Shown piece by piece: positions 10,001-16,622 of a stretch of 64,000 nucleotides of DNA. This DNA comes from an uncultured Bacteroidales bacterium (lineage in GTDB: Bacteria; Bacteroidota; Bacteroidia; Bacteroidales; Paludibacteraceae). Position 1 is the first letter of the stretch, and each line of letters opens with the position of its first letter. The notes below the pieces were generated by a model, which worked only from the letters and a program-made list of their open reading frames with translations, had not been told where the DNA came from and did not search any database. Location: positions 10,028 to 74,027 of the forward strand of contig CACZOA010000094.1 in the NCBI GenBank assembly GCA_902782665.1, read 5' to 3'. The position numbers were made by a program, and so were the translations under genes.

Positions 10001-10114
10001 TTGGTCATTACTCCTAACCCACAAATACACAAAATCAATGGTGTCGAATATAGAGGTTGTGAATATACTTTTTCTCCTAGAGTAAAAGGTCTTATTGTAC
10101 CATTAATGAAGTAG
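4085..10114 (+). CDS. RHS-repeat polymorphic toxin (signal peptide, SpvB-like domain, FG-GAP/VCBS propeller, YD-repeat shell, Rhs core, glycine-zipper pre-toxin, C-terminal toxin tip)
   Basis: N-terminal signal peptide [23 protein letters not shown]. SpvB-like motif [36 protein letters not shown]. Seven DxNxDGxxD FG-GAP-like repeats ([63 protein letters not shown]). More than 15 YD repeats ([24 protein letters not shown], ...). Rhs core ending [14 protein letters not shown]...[11 protein letters not shown]. Confidence 0.95.
   Translation: [2009 protein letters not shown]
9251..9283 (+). other. Rhs core terminal motif [11 protein letters not shown] (PxxxxDPxG-type autoproteolysis / core-tip boundary)
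   Basis: Direct translation. Everything downstream (about 276 aa) is the variable C-terminal region. Confidence 0.75.
9671..9766 (+). repeat. recombination/homology box, copy 0 (encodes [32 protein letters not shown]) inside the full-length rhs gene
   Basis: Near-identical DNA recurs at 10738-10833 and 13709-13805. Fragments recur at 11806-11827 and 12614-12631. Confidence 0.9.
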
Positions 10115-10117
10115 TTT

Positions 10118-10705
10118 ATGGAAAAGACAGAATTAATAATAAATATAAGAAGTTTACTTGATAGTATAGAATCCAGTCTGAAAAAAGAATGTGTCAACAA
10201 GATTCCTGATGTGGAGAAATTCATATGCATAAAAATTGATGATAGTTTTAATCCATTTCTATTTAGAGATTTGATTACTTCTATTCCGCAGGAAACAGAG
10301 GAAATAATGGATTATATAACTTTTTGTAATTATGTTGATTCTGTTCAGAATTTGTTCAGTTGGGTGGATATATGTCCATTTAAAGTAAATGATAGTTATA
10401 TTTTATATATTGTAAAACTTGTTGTTAAATGGAACAAACAACAAGAAATTGGTTTTCATGGATCTTTCCCATCCTTCCGTCACTATCCCATATATGGACA
10501 AAAATATGATTTAAATTATTTTTGGCAAGTAAGTGATAGGGATTATCAAAAGAGGGAAGAAAAATGGTGTAGACGTAGCCGGAGAATTTTAGAAAAATAC
10601 AAGATTCAAAAATGGTTTGCTAAACGAATATATAGGTACTTTGGTAAAAAAATAAACATCTTGGATTTGGATAAAGAAATGAAAAGTATTAATGTCTTTT
10701 CGTGA
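10118..10705 (+). CDS. putative cognate immunity protein of the main Rhs toxin tip
   Basis: 195-aa ORF starting 3 nt after the rhs stop. It is AT-rich, has no signal peptide, and sits where polymorphic-toxin immunity genes sit. Confidence 0.6.
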   Translation: MEKTELIINIRSLLDSIESSLKKECVNKIPDVEKFICIKIDDSFNPFLFRDLITSIPQETEEIMDYITFCNYVDSVQNLFSWVDICPFKVNDSYILYIVKLVVKWNKQQEIGFHGSFPSFRHYPIYGQKYDLNYFWQVSDRDYQKREEKWCRRSRRILEKYKIQKWFAKRIYRYFGKKINILDLDKEMKSINVFS

Positions 10706-10713
10706 TTGATTAG

Positions 10714-11262
10714 ACCCGAAAGATTCGCTATCTTTGTGAAGGAATAATCTTCGGTGCTGCCACCGGACTTGTCGGCGGAGGCATCCAAGGCTACTGTTCA
10801 GCTAAGAGTCAGGGGCTTAATCCGTGGACGGGAGCCAAACTGCCAGAGACGACGGTGAACACTCCGAATGTGCCTTTTGAAGTGCAAGCGGAAATGTCCG
10901 TGGCAGAGAAAGCAACGACTGGAGGAAGACAAGTTCAATGTAGTTCGGTAAATTTTGAGGATGCTCAATTTTCACCTAAACAATTAAATCATAATTATGC
11001 TACACATTTAGAGGGGAAAAGTTTCCTTACCATAGATCATAACATTCTTCTAAATGACTTAAAAATAGGTAATTATGAAATTATTGGTATTAATGGACGA
11101 AATATGCCTATTGTTCAATTCCAGTATGACAATATAGGAATTGTTATAGGAAGAGATGGAAGTATTATAGGAAATACAAACCAAGCAACAATTCACATTA
11201 ATGCCAACAGACAAATACATATTGTTCCAAGAAGTAATGGAAATAGTGCTGTAACACCTTAA
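10714..11262 (+). CDS. orphan Rhs C-terminal toxin cassette 1 (no Rhs shell, no credible own start; begins with the homology box)
   Basis: The frame opens right after a TAG at 10711-10713. It encodes [32 protein letters not shown], then [31 protein letters not shown], then a unique ~110-aa tip. The ORF-track start at 10855 is an internal GTG. Confidence 0.8.
   Translation, partial: [182 protein letters not shown]
10738..10833 (+). repeat. recombination/homology box, copy 1
   Basis: ggaataatcttcggtgctgccaccggacttgtcggcggaggcatccaaggctactgttcagctaagagtcaggggcttaatccgtggacggga aligns with 9671-9766 with few mismatches. Confidence 0.9.
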
Positions 11263-11274
11263 AATTTTATAAAT

Positions 11275-11796
11275 ATGATATGGATAGACAAAATAGATGG
11301 AGTCCAAAGGCACGTAGATGACGAGGAACTTAATCAAGCCTTGAAAGATTTAGATACAATTAAACGGAAATTTTTAGAGTATGATTATTTGTACGCAGGT
11401 AATTTGAATTTTGAAATGTTTAAATTGCCGTATTGGGAATATTTGTTTCTCTGTGGTAATATAGATGTCCACAAAAAAAATATCATTGAAGAGGGCGCTC
11501 TACTTTACATATATGTGTTGTATAAAGAGATCTTTGAATCTGAGGGATATTGTTTTTTGTATAAAAACAAAATTTTGTTTGAAATACTAAAGGTAAGCAT
11601 AAATAAATATACTCCAGATAGTATAAAAAAAGAACTGATGGTGTCGAAAATAAAATACGAACAGCAACATTATGAAAACGAAAGGTTAAGTGATGATTTT
11701 TCTATAGATGAACTATCTGAAAATGAAAAAAATATACTTGACAATTTGATTTCAAATGACGACTGGGTTTATTCTAAATTCGTTTTAGGTATTTAG
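11275..11796 (+). CDS. putative immunity protein for orphan tip 1
   Basis: 173-aa AT-rich ORF starting 12 nt after the tip stop. Cytoplasmic, with no recognisable family. Confidence 0.5.
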   Translation: MIWIDKIDGVQRHVDDEELNQALKDLDTIKRKFLEYDYLYAGNLNFEMFKLPYWEYLFLCGNIDVHKKNIIEEGALLYIYVLYKEIFESEGYCFLYKNKILFEILKVSINKYTPDSIKKELMVSKIKYEQQHYENERLSDDFSIDELSENEKNILDNLISNDDWVYSKFVLGI

Positions 11797-11805
11797 TCTT
11801 ATATT

Positions 11806-11827
11806 ATCCAAGGCGACTGCTCAGCTT
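11806..11827 (+). repeat. scar of the homology box (atccaaggcgactgctcagct)
   Basis: Matches catccaaggctactgttcagct from the boxes. It lies directly upstream of the ORF at 11845 with no toxin sequence in between. Confidence 0.6.
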
Positions 11828-11844
11828 CTTAAAGTATACTAAGT

Positions 11845-12267
11845 ATGAGTCAAATAAACTTTTATGACAACAAAAGACATTTAATAATGTCTTTTTCTAA
11901 TTTTTCTATCCTTGAACAGGATATAGGACTGATAAGGTTTCATATCGAAATGTCATTTGGAATTTTCAATGTTTCGACTGAAACAGAAATATACATGCCA
12001 TATCTGCAGTGTTTTTCTGATGAGTTAAAAAATCTATATGACCATTTTACAGAAAAACAAAAAGCTGTATTTAGTCCAATAGAAAGAGATGTCGACATAT
12101 TATTTGAAACAGGAGGGAATATGGGATATATTTCAGCTTTAATAAATTTATATTACGATTCAATCTGCGAGAATAACGCTACTTTAACATGTAAATATAC
12201 TATCGACCAATCATTTTTGCCAGAATTGATAGAAGAGATAGAGACAACATTGGAGGAGCTTAGGTAG
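11845..12267 (+). CDS. immunity-like protein with no adjacent toxin tip
   Basis: 140-aa acidic cytoplasmic ORF within the toxin/immunity array, preceded only by a box scar. Confidence 0.45.
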   Translation: MSQINFYDNKRHLIMSFSNFSILEQDIGLIRFHIEMSFGIFNVSTETEIYMPYLQCFSDELKNLYDHFTEKQKAVFSPIERDVDILFETGGNMGYISALINLYYDSICENNATLTCKYTIDQSFLPELIEEIETTLEELR

Positions 12268-12299
12268 AATACTTATAAAACAATAAATTTTTTATAGAA

Positions 12300-12557
12300 A
12301 TGAATAGACATAATTGCAGAGTTTGTGGGTATTATATTGATGATTTACCATGGGGTAAAGATGGCAATTGTCCTACTTATGAAATTTGTCCTTGTTGTGG
12401 GGTCGAATTTGGAAATGAAGATTGTACAAAGGAATCTACAAAACAATATAGAGAAAAATGGATAAATGATGGAACAAAATGGTTTGAACCAGAAGAAAAG
12501 CCCCAAAACTGGAATAAGGAGGAACAATTTATAAATATTCCACAAGAATTTTTATAA
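12300..12557 (+). CDS. CPCC-type cysteine-rich (zinc-ribbon) small protein
   Basis: CRVCGY...(25 aa)...ICPCCGVEFGNED gives two CxxC pairs with the CPCC signature. Proteins of this type are recurrent in polymorphic-toxin immunity loci. Confidence 0.6.
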   Translation: MNRHNCRVCGYYIDDLPWGKDGNCPTYEICPCCGVEFGNEDCTKESTKQYREKWINDGTKWFEPEEKPQNWNKEEQFINIPQEFL

Positions 12558-12559
12558 AT

Positions 12560-12748
12560 CAAACAAATCGCATCTACGAGTTTTCTTGTGAGGTGACGAG
12601 AGAACTCAGCAATCAGACTTGTCGGCGAGAGTATGTTCATCCAATTGAAGGTCAACGCTTTCCTGGACCGCACAGAGTTATAATAGGTTCAGAGGGTGAA
12701 ATTTATTATACACCCGATCATTATAAAACTTTCTTAAAAATCAAATAG
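12560..12748 (+). pseudogene. 5'-truncated barnase/RNase Sa (N1/T1)-family RNase toxin tip
   Basis: The frame ending at TAG 12746-12748 reads ...SNQTCRREYVHPIEGQRFPGPHRVIIGSEGEIYYTPDHYKTFLKIK. Compare the barnase C-terminus ...SDRILYSSDWLIYKTTDHYQTFTKIR. It has no start and is preceded by an 18-nt homology-box fragment (12614-12631). Confidence 0.75.
12614..12631 (+). repeat. scar of the homology box (cagacttgtcggcgagag) fused to the truncated RNase tip
   Basis: Matches cggacttgtcggcggagg (the GLVGGG-coding part of the box). Confidence 0.55.
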
Positions 12749-12750
12749 AA

Positions 12751-13179
12751 ATGTATTATTATACTGATATTGAAGAAATAAATATTGATGCAAACTGTTA
12801 TTTGGCTCGAATAGAATTAAACCCTGAAGAAACTGAATCTTCTATGTTTAGTAAATATAATAATGTTTTGCATTTCCCAGATTACTTTGGCTTTAATTGG
12901 GATGCATTTGATGAGTGTATCAGTGATTTAAGTTGGATAGATCAACCTATCATTTGTATTGTACATTCACCTTTAAATGTCTCAGACAAAGAATTCTTGT
13001 ATAGATATTTGAAGTGTATAGATGACGTGGAGAAAGATTGGAGTATATTCATAAATTCAATTGACGATAATCCCCAAAACGCATGGAAACGTCAGTATGT
13101 TAAGTATGTTAGATTCTATTTCCATGAATGTGACAGAGAAAGGATTTGTTCGACATTGTCAAATGGCTATACGAGATAA
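12751..13179 (+). CDS. barstar-family RNase inhibitor (immunity protein)
   Basis: LHFPDYFGFNWDAFDECISDLSWIDQPIICIVH parallels barstar [30 protein letters not shown]. The ATG lies 2 nt after the RNase remnant stop. Confidence 0.8.
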   Translation: MYYYTDIEEINIDANCYLARIELNPEETESSMFSKYNNVLHFPDYFGFNWDAFDECISDLSWIDQPIICIVHSPLNVSDKEFLYRYLKCIDDVEKDWSIFINSIDDNPQNAWKRQYVKYVRFYFHECDRERICSTLSNGYTR

Positions 13180-13223
13180 CGATATCCTACGAATCATACT
13201 ATTTTGAATAGATATAAAGGAAA

Positions 13224-13622
13224 ATGATTGGAAAAATTGATTTGTTGGATAGAGAAAAAAGTGGATTTGTAGAAAAAGAAATTTTTCAAAATATCCCTTT
13301 GGTAAAAGAAAATGGAAATAGTTGCATTATACAAATTATTTCAGAAAATTCCTTAAAAAAATTCTATCTTTTTAAAAACGGAATTTATTCTTTTTTTCTA
13401 ACTTACGAATTGTTCTATTTTTTAGTAATTATAATGAAAAATAAAAAATTTGCACTGAAACAATATGACGATAATATTTTTGCCATCGATTTAACTGAAG
13501 ATGAATTGGCAGATGTTTACGAAACAGTATCCGACCTGATACCAGGAAGTTTTGACTATCACAATAAACCAACATTAATAACTAATAAGTTAGAACTTTT
13601 GGTAGATATTTTTATGCTGTAA
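13224..13622 (+). CDS. hypothetical immunity-like protein
   Basis: 132-aa very AT-rich ORF inside the array, with no recognisable motif. Confidence 0.35.
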   Translation: MIGKIDLLDREKSGFVEKEIFQNIPLVKENGNSCIIQIISENSLKKFYLFKNGIYSFFLTYELFYFLVIIMKNKKFALKQYDDNIFAIDLTEDELADVYETVSDLIPGSFDYHNKPTLITNKLELLVDIFML

Positions 13623-13648
13623 AAACCTCTTTTTTTCTGGCTTTATAA

Positions 13649-14209
13649 AACCTCTACGGCACAGCACTCGGCGGAGTTAGTGCGACAATAAACGGTGGCG
13701 ACACCTGCGAGGAAATAATCTTCGGTGCTGCGACCGGACTTGTCGGCGGAGGCTTCCAAGGCTACTGTTCAGCCAAGAATCAGGGGCTTAATCCGTGGAC
13801 GGGAGCCAAACTGCCAGAGACGACGGTGAACACTCCGAATGTGCCTTTTGAAGCACAGACGGAGATGTCCGTGGCTGAGAAAGCAACGACGGGAGGAGAA
13901 AGACAATTAGATTTAACAAGTAAAGAATTAAATATAGAAAATCCATCTACTCCTGTTGGAAGACGTGGGTCTGAAATGAATTGTGAGAAATCGAATTCGT
14001 TCGTAAAAATAGGAACACGTACATATACAGGACATGCTTTAGATCGAATGCAGGGTCGTGGATTTGTTCCTTCTGTTGTGGAGGATGCAATAGGAAATCC
14101 ATTGAAAACGTATTTAGGGAGTAGACCCAATACTACAGTTTATGAAAATATTAACATTAAAGTTGTAATCAATCAGAATGGTGATGTTATAACGGTAATA
14201 CCTCGATAA
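13649..14209 (+). CDS. orphan Rhs C-terminal toxin cassette 2: homology box + DUF4258-like (RelE/BECR-fold, predicted RNase) tip
   Basis: The frame opens after TAA 13646-13648. It encodes ...[79 protein letters not shown]. The tip then reads [26 protein letters not shown]...[14 protein letters not shown], resembling the DUF4258 pattern HAxxRMxxRGI...V...I...vITv. Confidence 0.7.
   Translation, partial: [186 protein letters not shown]
13709..13805 (+). repeat. recombination/homology box, copy 2
   Basis: gaggaaataatcttcggtgctgcgaccggacttgtcggcggaggcttccaaggctactgttcagccaagaatcaggggcttaatccgtggacggga. Weaker homology to the main gene continues upstream to about 13661. Confidence 0.9.
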
Positions 14210-14219
14210 AATTTGATAT

Positions 14220-14633
14220 ATGTTACATGTAGATATAAATGCTGGCAATATAGTTTTTTCTATTAGTCCAAGATACATATCAAAAGAAGAGTCTTTTGAT
14301 TTGGTATTGGTGAATTCAGATGTGAGATTGTCGGCCAAAGGATTGACTTTGAACGAAGAGATAGAATTGTTTGATTATGATTTTGTCTCTTTGCGAAATA
14401 AGTTGGAATTGTTAGTGAGTAATAAAGAAGACGTTGTGTCTTGGAATACGGAAGAAGAAACAATATTTTTTTCTATAACGAAAAAAGAACAATGTTTTAT
14501 TTGGAATCTAAGGTATATCATTGGAGGAAAAGAAGATGATTTCTTGAATTTTAATTTTGTGTTATCCGAAACGGATATGAACTATATAATTAGTGAAATT
14601 TATTCGATAATAGATTGGGTCAATATGAGTTAA
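14220..14633 (+). CDS. putative immunity protein for orphan tip 2
   Basis: 137-aa AT-rich ORF starting 10 nt after the tip stop. Confidence 0.5.
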   Translation: MLHVDINAGNIVFSISPRYISKEESFDLVLVNSDVRLSAKGLTLNEEIELFDYDFVSLRNKLELLVSNKEDVVSWNTEEETIFFSITKKEQCFIWNLRYIIGGKEDDFLNFNFVLSETDMNYIISEIYSIIDWVNMS

Positions 14634-14654
14634 TTCTATTTTATAACTTAGGTA

Positions 14655-14710
14655 GGATACTTCACCGTCAACCACTACAATCCGCTCACAGCCTACTGCA
14701 TGTTCATTCT
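14655..14710 (+). pseudogene. collapsed remnant of an Rhs core
   Basis: ggatacttcaccgtcaaccactacaa matches 8207-8232. tccgctcacagcc matches about 9160-9172. ctactgcatgttca matches 9239-9252. Three distant rhs segments are juxtaposed within 55 nt. Confidence 0.6.
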
Positions 14711-14792
14711 GATAGAATTCTCACCTCTTTTTCTCATTAAAAGGCGTAGTTTCTCTGTGGACTTAGTGCCTCTGTTGTTTTATAAATTCAGT

Positions 14793-14851
14793 GTGCTCGC
14801 CTACGGCTCGCACTAAAGAAGGGTTAGGGCGTTCCGCCCTTAACAATCCTC
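14793..14851 (+). repeat. REP-like intergenic element, copy A (gtgctcgcc..ggctcgcac..gggttAGGGCGttcCGCCCTtaacaatcctc)
   Basis: Contains a perfect AGGGCG/CGCCCT hairpin. Related copies occur at 53889-53954, 56072-56131 (inverted) and 56161-56221. Confidence 0.8.
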
Positions 14852-14935
14852 ATTTATCTATTATTATAATATTCTTCTATCTCGTCGAATTGACGTTATT
14901 TTATGGTGAATATTAAGTTTACTAATAGAAAATCA

Positions 14936-14967
14936 GCGTCGACAGAATACTGTCAACGCCGTTTTTT
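14936..14967 (+). terminator. rho-independent terminator closing the rhs array
   Basis: gcgtcgacag-aatac-tgtcaacgc hairpin followed by gtttttt. Confidence 0.6.
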
Positions 14968-14999
14968 AGATGTTAGTGTGAGATAAATTTATATGATAT

Positions 15000-16622
<1,623 letters not shown>

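Noticed and set aside
4085-10114. T6SS- or CDI-delivered Rhs effector.
   Set aside because: The protein has a cleavable Sec-type signal peptide and an SpvB/FG-GAP N-terminus. It has no PAAR/prePAAR, VgrG, Hcp, TPS or CdiB features anywhere in the window.
9770-10114. ADP-ribosyltransferase assignment for the main toxin tip (LYRKTS ... FMTD ... GCEYTF resembling R-S/T-E spacing).
   Set aside because: The pattern match is loose and there is no ExE motif. It cannot be supported without profile or structure comparison, so the tip is left unclassified.
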